DNA of 64,000 nt from the human T2T-CHM13v2.0 reference genome, Homo sapiens: assembly GCF_009914755.1 (NCBI RefSeq), contig NC_060932.1. The stretch is one strand, 5' to 3'. Positions 27,273 through 40,683 of this stretch are shown one piece after another (the stretch's first letter is position 1; every line of letters starts with the position of its first letter). The notes under the pieces are model-generated. The model searched no databases. It was not told the DNA's origin and worked only from the letters and a program-made list of their open reading frames with translations. A program made the position numbers and the translations under genes.

Positions 27273-30014
27273 TGAAAATCAGTTTCTTTGCCTTTTTCAG
27301 CTCTTAGAGGCTATCCCCCTTACTTGGCTTGTTGGCCCCACATCACTCCAATCTCTCTTTCCTTTGTGACATCTTCTCTCTGACTCTGACCCACCTGGCA
27401 TCCTCTTATAAGGACCTGGTGATTACATTGGGTCCATCTAGGCAATCCAGAATAATATCCTTATCTCAAGATTATTGACCTAATCAAATCTTCAAGGTCT
27501 TTCTGTCATATAATCTAATATATTCACAGTCTTCTGGGATCTGGACATGAACATCTTTTGAGCACTGGATTGGATGGAAATTGTTCTTTTTACCAAAGCT
27601 GGGCTGGCTCCTTAAAGTGTGAGATATCCCAATGGTCTATAATACACTAGATAACAAGAACTAAAACATAAATTAAATATTTAAATAAATATTAAATAGA
27701 GAAGAACAGCTAGAGGGAAGGAACCTGGTCTCTTGATGACATCTTTGAGTTGTACCTACTGCTGGACTTTTTGCATAAGTCACTATGGTAGGATTAGCTA
27801 TTGCTCACGGCTTAACACCTTAACACAATCCTAACAGAAACAGTAGGACTGTCTGTATTCCTTCCAAATTCCCCCCTTTCAAGCTTCAAGGAGGTGCCCT
27901 CTTGCCTACCAAGCAGGGACTAGCTTACTGAGTGAGCAAATCCATATTTTGTTCTATAATCATAACCATGTTCAAGATATTTAAAATGTTGCTCATTCCT
28001 CGGCTTCGTTTTTTTCCTTGCTTTAATTATCAGGAGGAAGATTGAGTGCTTATATAGTCAAGGAGAAAGTAGGACTGAAACTGAGCGCTTGCTTTTTTTC
28101 ACATAGAATATATGATAAATTCATCAGCAGAGAGTCAGTTTGGGGAAATTTTTATTTAATAATTGTCTAATCTTGAATATGCCTACATTATCTCACTAAC
28201 CTTCCAGGCGGCCAGCATGGGAGGTTTGATAATCTTCGTGTACAGGCAAACGAGTGGATGCCCTGAGGTTCCCAGCTTCTTAAAGGCTACGGAGAAAGTG
28301 TGTTACAGACCTGGGATTCAGACCTAGTAGAGAAATCCGGAGCCTGCAGACAGAAAGAAAGGGTCTTCTGGGAAGGGGAAGGGACTCACGTTTTTTGAGT
28401 TTCCGTTGTGTGTGGTCACTGTGGTCAGCGTTTCTTATTAGTGGTCTCGTATTTATAGCAGCCCCGGTGGATCAGTATTATTGGCCCAGCTTCAGAAGCA
28501 AGAAACGAGCCTGGAGATACCAGGTATACTGCCCAAAGTTGAAAAGATGGTGGTAAACGACAGAACCGGATTTGAGCCAAGCTTGATTTCAAAGTTGTGT
28601 TCTCACCCATTAGGCAAAGGTGCCAGGCTTGGGTTCAGGATGAGACCCCTACCTGCCTTGAGGAAAGAGGACAATTTCTTCAGTATCAGAGTTATTTTTC
28701 TCTCAGGAGAGCTAGGAACACTTAATTCGATACTAGAAGCAGTACTAGGATACCCTCCATCCCTAGATAGCTGCAGCGGAGACCTACCCATTACTCCAGG
28801 GGCAGTGTCAGGAGCCCATGGCCTGTTTGGGCTTCACACTTCATGGTGAAGAAGGGACTGCACACCAAGCCAGAAGTGTGCCCCGTTTCAGACAAGATTA
28901 ATTCAACCTGCCTCGAGGCTTGGATGTGCAGATGGAGTCTGCATTTGGGAACAAGATCACTATTCCACCAAGGATTTGGAGAGGTGACTCAGCAGCAGAC
29001 TGCTGGGGAAGGCAAAGTCAAGGCAGTCAACCCTGCCTCTGAGGCTGGAGTGCTGTGTGAACTCAGACAATTTCCTTCCCCTCCCTGGACCTCAGCACCT
29101 TTTAATTTACCTATCAATCCCTGAGTTGCTTCGGCTCTGACAATCTAGGACTTGCAGGAATAACACATCTGGTCATGAGGAATAAATCAGTGTAAAGGGA
29201 AATTCAGTTATTCAGCAATAGTGAAGAAGAGCCTACAGTGTTTATGGCTGTGGGGAGAGTTCTGCTCCAGCTAGTGTAATATGGGTCTCAACTTTGAGCA
29301 GCTCTGGATTTTACAGAGATTATACTCTGATGATTTATGAGTAAAGTCCTCCTTGCAGAGTAGCTCTGGTTGCCTAGAGTGTGAATTACAAAAGACAGGG
29401 AATCCAAGTGCTTTTAGAAAGGGTGTGCCCTCCTGATGTGTCACAGGCCTGCTTTCTCCTTTGTCTTGGCTCCCAGTGACAACACGTTTGAGTTTGTATC
29501 TCCAAATTAGACTCTTGATTTGTCTTGCAGAACGCTAGTCCTGCCTCCATTTCTTCCTATCCCTCCCTGGCCACTGCAAGCCGAGGGGGAAGCTGTAATT
29601 TGTGAGCTGCCCTTTCATTGCAGTGTGAGTAACAAAAATGCCTTAATCCTCCCTCATCCTGCAGGGCTGTGCCCAGCAGCCAGGCCCCCAGAGGACATGA
29701 AGGCCAACGTGAACGGGATTCTCTCCCATGCATTATTCACACCAGTGCTTCCCTTTCTATTTTTAATGTTCAGCATGTAGCGGTTCCCTCTGCCAGCTAT
29801 TTTTAGCATTGTTGCTGCCAGCTGACAGCAGAGACAAAGGCACCGAGGCACCTTGAGAATGACAAATGGCGATTTCAATGATGAAAATAGAAAGGCTAAT
29901 TTTCTTCCAGGAAAGAAAAGGAAGAAAACGTCTGTAGTTGCAAAGTTGCTTGGGCTTGAATTGAATTTTTAATTTGGAACATATACACTGCCACGCACAT
30001 AAAGGATTTCCTTT

Positions 30015-30039
30015 CACACACACACACACACACACACAC
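30015..30039. repeat. (CA)n microsatellite
   Basis: Direct reading. Confidence 0.9.
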
Positions 30040-30319
30040 TCACATGCTCATCATTCTCCCAGATCAAATACACTCTTTTTTTGTGAAGCTTTATCTGATG
30101 CTTCTCTCTGCTCCTAATAAGCCCTCCTCTCTCTAGATATAGCATCTCCATTATTGTGATCCTCACCTGGTATTGTAAATGTTTGCTTCTCTGCAGGCCG
30201 TGAGCTCCTCTCACTCAAGGACTTATTGTTAAATCTCCATTGTCTAGTATTAGGAAAAACAAGCAGCCCCTGCCATCTAGAAGCCAACCGGGCACTCACA
30301 GTTAGGCATGTCATTCCCT

Positions 30320-30710
30320 GTTGGACATAAACAATCTCATTGAATACCAGAATCAGACAAGGTTACTCTGAGACCATGAGAAAGTGAGACAAAACAAGAA
30401 CACTTCATAATTTTGTCTGAGCACAGACAAAAACAAGGTAGCTCTGCCAACCACAAAATATCATGTCTTCTCTCTTGCCTAAAATGAATGACTGCTACTT
30501 CTTAATCAATCCATCAATCAATCACATCTTTATTCTTTCCAGTCCGCCCTTCCTATAGACAAGGTTTATTGAGATGTTCAATAATATAATTACCCCACTT
30601 TCTGAGAGCAGCCAACCTAGAGAAAATCTCTGCTTCTTTAGACCCACCCCCAAGTCTCCAACAAATATCCGAATCCCATAATAGGTTGTTTCTAGCACCC
30701 TGTTACTGAG
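30320..30710 (+). mobile_element. ERV1 LTR fragment (MER89/MER90-like)
   Basis: gagacaaaacaagaacact...gagcacagacaaaaacaag...tgactgctacttctt. Confidence 0.55.
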
Positions 30711-30873
30711 TGGTCTGGAAACTTTCATGGAACTACAAAAAGGGGAAGCTACAAAAACGTCAGAGGAAGAGTGGAAGGAAGGAAATAAAAATGTCCAGGG
30801 TAGTATCTTCCCTTTGATCTTCCACTCATAGCTAAGGGAGCTATGTACTAGCCACACCTGCGTATGTGTAATT

Positions 30874-31140
30874 TTATATAAATGGGATTATATTAGTGAA
30901 AACATGAATAAGAACATTTTGAGATTTCATAAGGAGGTCCTCAATAATAAATTTCTTTTAGACCTGGTGATTTTTATGTTATTGCTTTTTCCATTATGTT
31001 CACATAATAGTTCAGAGATTTACTTGAACCTGCCTTAAGCCACCTTTTGCCACTAGGTTAACAAATTCTTCATTACAATAATCTCATATCGGCCTGCAAT
31101 TTCTAGGGCCCAGTCAGCTTTGGGGTTGTCATATTTCTGC
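30874..31140 (-). pseudogene. Decayed coding segment, copy 1 of an internal duplication
   Basis: Manual translation with frameshift and stops: YDNPKADW..EEFVNLVAKGGLRQVQ..KKFIIEDLLMKSQNVLIHVFTNIIPFI*; paralogous to 35801-36060. Confidence 0.55.
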
Positions 31141-31419
31141 TTCTTAATGGTTACCTTGGGCTCCTGGCTTCTGTTCCTTCATTCTCGTGATAGCAATTGT
31201 CTGGTACTTCCAAAGATGGATCCACAGCAAAATCCTCTGTTGTACAACCCCTAGTGCTTTTATGCTCTCATTTTTCTCTCACAGAAGCCCCTTCTGTGTC
31301 CACTATATTCTGGTCCTAAATGGGGGTGGAAAGCATGAGAGCCACCTTATGAGGGGCTGACATGTGAAAGATGATTATAATTGCCTTCAGTGGGCCCATA
31401 AGATGAAAACCTAGAGATT

Positions 31420-31570
31420 CCAGAGAGACACAGTCCAGCTATATATAGGGAGAAATTTCAATATTAGGAAAAATAACTCAAAGATATAATGGGCTGCTGT
31501 ATGAACTAGTGAGCTGCCCAACATGGGTAGTATACAAGCAGAAATCAGAACTGGCAGAAATGTTTTAGAA
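31420..31570 (+). mobile_element. L3/CR1-like 3' fragment
   Basis: aatgggctgctg...tagtgagctgccc...tacaagcagaa. Confidence 0.5.
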
Positions 31571-31920
31571 CACCAACATGGGGTGTGTGAGTCTGGAGGT
31601 GGAGTGTCAACAGAAAGGAAGTGTTGTTAGAGTAATTGCAGAGTCTCTGAATCCATGGACTTCATCCTCCTCCACCTTTCTTACAAATACATATTGTTAA
31701 ATGTACTATAAATGCTGTTGTGATTCATAAGATAAAATTTCACTTAAAACGATTACTGAGTTTGTAGTAGCATAATGTCTCAATCAATGAATACTAAAAA
31801 TCAAACTAATGTTATGCAGGAGTTTGTGAAATTTTCTGACCCTGAAAGGTGACTTCTCATTCTTAAAATATTCTCATTCACACAAGGTGGGAGAAATCAG
31901 ATGACATTTACATTCTTCCC

Positions 31921-32578
<658 letters not shown>

Positions 32579-33367
32579 CTTGTAGACCAGTTCTTGGATT
32601 CTAAGCATTCACCTTTAATATAACATTATTTCACAAAACAAAGAAGAGACATAAGCTATTAGCAACAATAAGATTTGTGCGTGTGATTTAGTTTGTCACT
32701 AAGAGATGCATTATTTAACAAATATATAAGGGTCGTGCCCATTAAGAAAGAGGAAATTGTATTTAGTAATTCAATTGTCCATGTATCTGTCACTGACATT
32801 TATTTAAGACTTTTTTCTTAAAAATCCATTTGCATAGGCCACTCAAGTGTCACATGGCCCTGAACTTTAGATGTCAACTAAGGTGAAGCATGCATCATGT
32901 CAGGCAGTCTTCAGGAAGAGAAAATAAAACGCTTATGGAGACAGGTGGTTGGTCATTCTTCAACTCTACTCAGGAGCTGAATGAAACAGGGAGCAGTTCA
33001 ATCCTGCATCAGAAGCTATTCAAATTGGCCCCTAAGTAGGCCTTTCTGAAAGCAAGTGTTGTCAAATTTTACAGCTCTCGCTGGATAGGCTGAAGTCCCT
33101 TCCAAAATATGGGCATTGGCATTCATCCTCATTTTTGAGCAACTTGTTTTAGAGAATATGTTTACCTTCTTACCTAGGAGGTCAAGTGGCATCTAGAGAG
33201 AGAAGAATAAGCTCAATGAAGCCAATTTTTAAAGAGTATATTTAAGGAAGAAATGATATAACTTGCATCTTAAGGTGGTGGAAATATCCTTGGGTCACAA
33301 GACAGGTGATCTGTGTTCTGGTTCAGTTAATCTACATCAGAGTTTGAGTTCTGGCCTCAGTTTACCA

Positions 33368-33811
33368 TGAGACTGAACCATATCACCTTTGGTGAGATAT
33401 GGCGAGGCCAGATGCAAATCCAAAGAGAAAAATGGAAAAGAGTTTCACAGTTTTGTTATACTCACAGCTCCTTGGGGAAGACACAGGATGCCACACAGGG
33501 CCACTGGAGAAGTCAGTGTTGGGCATGAGGCAGAGGGAGAAAGGGAAATGTGGGGAAGCACCTTTATTTGGTTTCTGGGGGAAGGAAATGGGTGAGGTAG
33601 GGTAAGCCAGTTTAGAATTGGAAAATTTGAATAATTTCAGCAGGGTTAAGGCCATCAGGGTTTTCCCTGGTTGTCTGGTACCTAGCCCCAGGGTGATTAG
33701 TGTGGGTGTATAGTGGTTGCACTGTGAGAGGCTGATGAGGGAGATGACTGGGGGAGTCAGCTTAATTAGCTACTTAGGAAGGGCAACTGACAGGCTCTTA
33801 GCCATGGTCTC
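33368..33811 (-). mobile_element. ERV LTR (LTR47/LTR62-like)
   Basis: TG...CA ends; tttgaataatttcagcagg motif; ttatactcacag. Confidence 0.55.
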
Positions 33812-34889
33812 AAAACTGAGTCAGACAGCACTTAAACGATATTACATGGACCTTGACCCTTTCTGGCTTCAGTTTCCTCATTTTTTCACATAGGAAGAAG
33901 GAACAGAAGGTCTTTAAATTTTCTTCAACTCTGAAGTTATTCACTTTGGTAAAAGTGCCTTCTGAAATTATTTGTAACATCTCCCAGAGACCCATTGCTT
34001 TCCAGCTAGAATATGCTGAAATTCTAGTTTAATGTTAATAATGATTTTCAAGATATTGCCAGCATTGTCTTGGATGCAAAACATACCATAAAATGAATAT
34101 GCAATGCAAATTTAATTTTTAATGCAGTATTTGAAGCCCTGGTAGACAAATCATCCACCTCAGCATTGTTCTCACATAAAGTACAGATTGCAGTTCCAAA
34201 AGCCATGCCCTGGACTTGCCTTTATTCTCCTAACTTTATCTCCAAGGATTCTCTCTCCCTGTGTAATCTTCTTGGGGATCATGAATCTCATTTTCTATTC
34301 ATTCATTCATTCGTTCAATTATTCAACCATTCAACACACATTTATTGACTCAAATTTCTAATTATCAGGTATTGTGTAATCATTGAAGATGCAGAACTAA
34401 ATAAGGCATTGCCCACCTCCTCAAGGATTTCAATGTCTAGGTCAGGGAGCTATTCATCTCAGCAGACATGTTAGGGAAAGTGAAAGAGGAGTGAAACTCA
34501 ATGTGACAATGTCACAGTTTTCAATCTGGTCTAAAAAAAATGACCACACAAATTTCTCTGTAAATAGAGAAAAATGGGGAAAACGGCTCAGCCTTTTCTA
34601 AAAAAATAAAATAAAATAAAGTGAAGGCAGTGACATGTGACTTCCTCTTTGTGGGTCTTCTTTTCTTTATTGCTTCAGTGTCTCTTTACAAAACCCCATG
34701 GGCAAATTTTATTTAGATGTGCTTTTCCTGAGGGTAATCTATTCTCTGAAGTTTCCCTCATTTCCTCCAGCCACCCAATATTTTACCAAACCCATATTTA
34801 ATCAGCAAAGTCATGTTGTGTGAACAGCAACTTAATTAAACTAGAATTTAAGACTTAAATCATTATGCTTGTCTTCATCATCTGATCAT

Positions 34890-35260
34890 TTATTTTAAAA
34901 GTTTTGTAAATGTATTTTTTAAATTATGAAGTGTGTGTGTGTGTGTGTGCATACACTCACTGCAACAAATGAAACAATAGATTACAAAGATTTATAAAGG
35001 CAAAGATAATCATCTTCCGTGTTTCTCATTTTAATCCTATCTCCCTGAAGTAACCAATGTTATTAGCACATCTTTATCATAATTCACACAAGTATATAAA
35101 AGCATATATAATCAGGTTTTGTCTTTATTTTTTAGCAAATTAGAATCATATACCCATTACTCTGCAACTTCCTTTTTTTCACTTTAAAATATATCCTGAG
35201 AATCTCTATAAATCCACTGAAGATACCTATCTGCTTATTTTCTTCATGCATATGCACATA
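34890..35260 (-). mobile_element. L1ME fragment
   Basis: gtaaccaatgtta...gaatcatata...tctgcaacttcctttttttcact. Confidence 0.55.
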
Positions 35261-35299
35261 AAACACACACACCAACAGCAACAAATACGCACACATTAA

Positions 35300-35765
35300 A
35301 TTAATTAAGGCTATATTTGGCTGCATGTGATAGACAAGATAGCTGAACAAACAAGATTAAAGTTTATTCTCTCTCATTTAAATGAGGTCTGGAAGTCAGT
35401 TGCTCAGTGGTGAGCTGTCCAGGCCTGGTGTGGCGAATCCATAACCAGGGAGCCACGCTTCTTTTGTCTTGCTGCCTCACCATTCTTTGTATGCTGCCTC
35501 ATGGTCTAAAATGGCTGCCCAAACTCTGGCCATTATGTCTATCTTCCAACAGAAAAAAGAAGGGTAAAAAAGGACACTTCCTCTTTCTTTAAGGATGAGC
35601 ATACAATTTCTCGCCTTACATCTCATTGACCAGCATTTAGTCACCTAGTGCAAGGAAGGCTGGGAAATGTCTTTTTCTGGGCAGCCATGTGCCAGCTAAA
35701 AAGTCATTTGTTTCCTTACTAAAAAAAAAAAAAAAAAAAGTAAGATAGAAACTGGGAGCCACTCC
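35300..35765 (-). mobile_element. MLT1J-like LTR
   Basis: aaaatggctgcc, catctcattgaccag, tgcaaggaaggctgggaaatg, gccatgtgccagctaaaa. Confidence 0.7.
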
Positions 35766-35800
35766 TGAGTGTGTGTGTGTGTGTGTGTGTGTGAGATATC

Positions 35801-36060
35801 TCATATAAATGGAATCATATGAGCAAGAACATGAATAAGAACATCTGGAGCTTGCACGAGGAGGTTCTCAGCAATAGATTTCTTTTGAGTATGGTGGTGT
35901 TCAGACCAATGTTTTCCTACATTGTGTTATTAATCCAAGGATTTTCTTGTACCTACCTTTAGCCTCCTTTTTCTACTGGGTTAATAAATTCTTCATCGTA
36001 ATCATGTCATGTAAACCTATAATTCCTGGGTCTCAGTCAGCTTTGGGATTTCCATGTCTG
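35801..36060 (-). pseudogene. Decayed coding segment, copy 2 of the internal duplication
   Basis: HGNPKAD*..EEFINPVEKGG*R*VQENPW..QKKSIAENLLVQAPDVLIHVLAHMIPFI*. Confidence 0.55.
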
Positions 36061-36209
36061 TACAGGGTCAAAAGCATGAACCTGTGAGTTAGGACATTGG
36101 AGTTCTCAGCTCAGCCTTTCCATGACAAGTTCTGGGCTTCTGGATGAACTATCTCCTTGCTGGGCTCCAGCTTCCTCCTTTGTACTGTACTCTAGTGCCT
36201 CTTTCAGAA

Positions 36210-36440
36210 AAAGTAAAAAGAATAAATCCTTTGGAGTCAGATTCTCATGGGTTCAAATCTTGCCTATACCATTGACTGATATTCCTCAAGCAAACGGTTT
36301 AACTGAAGTTTCTTCATCTATATGACTAGTACAATAGTAACTACGTCATACAATAATTTTGAGAATTAAAAGCTACATCCTGTTACCTGTTTAGCACAAT
36401 GTCTGATACATTGTTGATGCTCAATAAATGTGAGTTCTCA
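36210..36440 (+). mobile_element. MIR
   Basis: ctttggagtcagattctcatgggttcaaatc...ttagcacaatgtctgataca...ctcaataaatg. Confidence 0.8.
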
Positions 36441-36599
36441 TCACCTTGATTGTTTTATCTTTCTAAACAATTACTAAGGCAATCTAAATTCTGGTTCTCC
36501 CAATGTGTCTGGACTCTTAATGACAATAATAGCAACAACAACAAGAACAAGAGTTAGTATTTGTTAAGCATTATGTTCATGTTCGGTAATACTAATCAG

Positions 36600-37185
36600 A
36601 AGAGTTCGCTTATTTTTGAATCAGTGTATTTGATTTGGAATTGAAATATACTAAGTCACTGTGTTCCAGGTACTATGAACAGGTTGCTAAGATACTTCAG
36701 AGGAATATCAGAAGGCAGAGATCATCTTGTGACCACAAGAGTGGAGATACATCATTAATGCTCAATACACATGATTTTCACGAACAGACTTGGGGTTGGC
36801 CCACGTGAAGTGGAGGATCCTGTTGAGACTGAAGCTTCCCATTGTTTGTTGACAGAACCCCTTCTCCTGTTCATAACATAGTGAGAAAAGCCATTTATGA
36901 AAGGGATACATGGAAACCAGAGGCTTGGTGGACTCCCAGGGCAGAGTTTGAGATAGTCTTGTACAGCAGACAAAGAGGGAAACAAGGGGGATGAAATCAG
37001 GTTTCTCTAAATGTGAATTTGGCTGAGTTTGTGTGCTAGAGATTCTGGTGTCCTGCAATTCAGAGAATCTACCATGGACTTAGGTCAGAGTCAGTGTAAA
37101 TAAACACAATGTGGAACATTACTTCTGCCTTTCTGATACTGTCAGCATACGAAAAGAAGCCCTAGAGTTGGTGGATATGTGAACA
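36600..37185 (-). pseudogene. Decayed coding segment (fossil ORF piece)
   Basis: Non-repeat island; track ORF 36762-37058 continues past one stop: GFCQQTMGSFSLNRILHFTWANPKSVRENHVY*ALMMYLHSCGHKMIS. Confidence 0.45.
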
Positions 37186-37334
37186 GCAACATATACTGAG
37201 CATGTGATGTATGCCAAGTGCTATGGCAGGCAACTGATGAGAATGATGTCATTAATCCTCATTGTAACCCTATGAGATGGATACTTTCACTTTAGAAATG
37301 TAGAAAATGAGACTCAAAGAACTAAGGAAGCAAC

Positions 37335-37700
37335 AAGAAAAACTTATGAACTGGGCAGATACAACCAATTAAAATAATGTTAAGATTAAAGATAGCCTCA
37401 GTTCAACCAGAAGAAAGATAGCTTGGATAAGTTGGTAGGGGAAAGGGAATTGGACATCATTGGGAAGGACTTTCCCTATGGGGGATTCAGGGTTTTGTTT
37501 ATGCTCGATTTTTATTTTCCTGTGTCACTGTTCCTGTGTGTTTTCTTTCCCACTGGTTTTCATATTTGCTACTTTAACAATTTCATGGCCCAGGTACATA
37601 AACTTCACACATTGCCTCTGTGCCTGGAACTTCCCTTTTCTGTGTCGTGGTGGCAAGGTTTCCACCTGGATGCCCCGCAAGCATAGCATGCTCACAGAAA
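37335..37700 (-). pseudogene. Decayed coding segment (fossil ORF piece)
   Basis: About 100 codons with one internal stop: VKFMYLGHEIVKV..KQNPESPIGKVLPNDVQFPFPYQLIQ. Confidence 0.55.
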
Positions 37701-38014
37701 ACTAACCTTCCGTCCACCCCATCTTCTGCTCCTTGCTTCCAGGTTCACCATCTGCCCAATCTCCCAAGGTGTGAATGAAGAGCCATCCTTGGCTCCTACT
37801 CACACCCTCCTGTTAGCTGCCACTTCCGTCATCTGATTCTATGGGTTCTATGCACACTTTCTGTGCCCTCCGCCTCCTCTTCATCCCTCCAGCTTTATTC
37901 CTGCTCAGGTTCCTATTCTACCACTTGGACTTCTACAACAGTTTTCTTTCGCCTCTCTGCATCCAAGGAGAGGGTATTTAATGACCAGTCGTTTGTTTGG
38001 TAAATGCATTTTCT

Positions 38015-38462
38015 ACCTAAGAAAATCATGGTTTTCCAAGAAGCAGGTGCTGACAAAAAAAGATTCATGTGCAGATGATGTGTGTGGACATGTTTCCAGG
38101 AGAACCTGGAAAGGGAGCAGGGGAAGCACTGCTTGGAAAGAAGTCAAGTAGGGGTGAAATTTCATGCCAGGTCTCCAGCCAAATCCTGCAGGAAACTCTG
38201 GAGTTTGTACCAACTCAAGCGAGAAAGCTGGGTGTTCATATTCCTGCATCAGTCAGTCCTTGGCTAAGAACCACCCCAGGGAGACCAAACTCAGAGCTAC
38301 TTCCTGCTCACTGCAGGTGGCTTCAGTAGCCTAGGGCAGAGAACTTCAGGTAATGGCTGAAGGCAGCAAAGGCACAACACACCCAGAAATCAGGCAGGGG
38401 CTCATAGAAGCAGGACAGGGGATCTCAGGGGATCTGTGTGGAGCACCAAAAAGTCTGCTGTA
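38015..38462 (-). mobile_element. LTR16-like ERVL LTR
   Basis: ccaagaagcaggtgctgac...ggggatctgtgtggagcaccaa. Confidence 0.6.
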
Positions 38463-39338
38463 GAAATTTTCCAGTTTTAAAGATAGGAGAGAACTAACAT
38501 TTTTTGAGTACATTCTGTATTCACAACCACTCTGCAAGTGGACATCATTTTCCTCATATTATTTGAATGGGACAAAAATAATATCACCTTAACTAGCTTC
38601 TCCAGAATTTTTCAAATGGAAGAAATATTCCTCAGTAAGGTTATCTAAAGATTTGGATGTCCAAAGAACAAAGAGATTAAGTCATTTTGCATAGAAAATA
38701 AGCCAAATGCACTTACTTATTCATGAGAAGGAGAAGAGAAATAAGGGAAGAATGGGGAGTGAGTCAGGCAAGTGGTGAAGGATAGGGAACAGCATAGGGT
38801 GGCATTGCCAGAGTAATCCCCAGTGATGGGATGACCAAAAGGACTCTAGAAAGTAAAATGTCACACACGCTAATGACCAATGAGGTGCCTGGCGACACAG
38901 ATAAAGCCAGGGACAAAGCCAGCAGAAAACTGTGTTTTCCCCAAAGTCAACTGCCGCTCAAAATTACTAACAACCCTTTTTTTTGAGTGATTGCTAGTTT
39001 GTTGCAAATGACTTCCCCAGCCCTCTCTATTTCTCTCACCCCTAAACGAAGAGAAACTCAGTTACCAAACTGCACCAGTTTAATGGCAGTCCCCAGTCTG
39101 GAACCAATCCTTGCTTCTTCTTCATCCCTCTCCATTCCTCCTTACAATCCTTCAGCACAAGCCCAAACCCTAAGAAAAAGAACTTCCCACTCCAGCCTAA
39201 AGAGGTGCCCCCAGGTTTCTCTGGTCTGTGGTTTCCCTTGCTGCAGCAAGTTAATAAGGCCAACTTTGATAGTTTCAGGTACATTTATGATGGTCTGTGT
39301 CTACGGGTTCTTTGCTAGACTTTTCACACCTAATACAT
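38463..39338 (-). pseudogene. Decayed coding segment (fossil ORF piece)
   Basis: QTIINVPETIKVGLINLLQQGKP..EWEVLFLRVWAC..LGTAIKLVQFGN, then after frameshifts LDNLTEEYFFHLKNSGE..GDIIFVPFK..GCEYRMY. Confidence 0.5.
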
Positions 39339-39339
39339 T

Positions 39340-39655
39340 TTGTTTGGTTGGTTGGTTGGTTTTGTTGTTTTGTTTTGAGACAGAGTCTCGCTCTGTCGCC
39401 CAGGCTGGTATGCAGTGGTGTGATCACAACTCACCGAAGCCTCGACCTCCATGGCTCAAGCGATCCTCCTGCAGTGGCACCCTGAGTAGCTGGAACACAG
39501 ATGTACACCACTATGCCCAGCTACTTTAATGATTTATTTATTATTTTAGAGATGGGGTCTCCCTATGTTGCTCAGGCTGGTCCCGAACCGCTGGACTCAA
39601 GCTATCCTCCTACACTCCCTCTCAGTGTTGGGATTACAGGCATGAGCCACCACAC
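39340..39655 (-). mobile_element. AluJ-type
   Basis: ggctcaagcgatcctcc, gggtctccctatgttgctcagg; TSD-like CTAATACAT on both sides. Confidence 0.9.
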
Positions 39656-39681
39656 AGGTGTATTAGCCCAGGGCTAATACA

Positions 39682-40340
39682 TGGTTTTAAGGTGCCATGC
39701 AATGCGGTAAGTGATGCTTCCTCCCTCTTTGTAACTCCTTAAAGCTTTGAGTGAGGGGTTTGTAGGTGGTTGAGTTTCACCCCAGGATCAACACAGCATG
39801 GCATAGAACAAGACAGAGTAAGAAGCCCAGTGATCACAGTAACAAGGGAATTTAAACTATTCAAACTGTTGCATGGGTTTCTGATTTCCATGGACCATGT
39901 GATTGTGATGGGGGTGGGTATCAAATCAATCTTATGGGAGGAGATCCTGCTGCTAATCTTCTGACACTTATTGTCTTCCGCCTCCTTTTAGCATCTCCCC
40001 TGAGTTTATTGGACCCATGGCTAACCAGCTAGAGGTTATATTTTCAATCCTCCCATGAATCTAAATGTGTCCATAAGCCTTGGTCTGGCCAAGGGGATAG
40101 AAGCACAAGAAATCTGCATAAGTTTCAGGTCAAGTCTTTAAGATGGAAGGCTCGTTGCCTTCATTACCTCTTTTTGCTTCTGTCCCACAGGCTGCAACAT
40201 GCAACTGGTGTAGGTGAGTCAGCTTCGACCAGGGGGACAAAAGCAACAACCTGGAGAATGCTGGAGGATCCAAACAGAAGGGTTTGGTTTCCTCCCCATC
40301 CTGGCGGAGCATCCTCCTCTGCCCGTTCATCCCCTGCTAT
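39682..40340 (-). pseudogene. Decayed coding segment (fossil ORF piece)
   Basis: PETYADFLCFYPLGQTKAYGHI*IHGRIENITSSWLAMGP..HGNQKPMQQFE*FKFPCYCDHWASYSVLFYAMLC in one frame. Confidence 0.5.
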
Positions 40341-40632
40341 CCACCTTCCTCAGTGCATTTTGCGTGTAAGAAAGGGAGAAATTAACTTTAAAAAAACGTT
40401 TCTGAGTTTGCTTATCTCTTTCTCAGAGCATCTTAGCTTATGCTCTATTCAACAAATCTAGATCTGAAAGGATTTGGAGACCTGAGCTCATAACTAGGCT
40501 GTGTTACAGGCCCAGAGAAGCTAGATAATTTGTGCAAAATCATTTAACTCATGTGACCGAACCCCCAGGCAGGCACCTCTGTCCCCAGTCTGTTTCTGAA
40601 TAGTCTCCAGGAGTCATGTTCTCCTTCAGATT

Positions 40633-40638
<6 letters not shown>

Positions 40639-40679
<41 letters not shown>

Positions 40680-40683
40680 TCTC
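40639..40683. repeat. (TC)n microsatellite
   Basis: Direct reading. Confidence 0.9.

Noticed and set aside
38987-39529. Plus-strand ORFs such as 38987-39529, 51032-51361 and 59797-60273
   Set aside because: They have no recognisable protein character and some run into Alu; they are better explained as antisense shadows of the minus-strand fossil frame.
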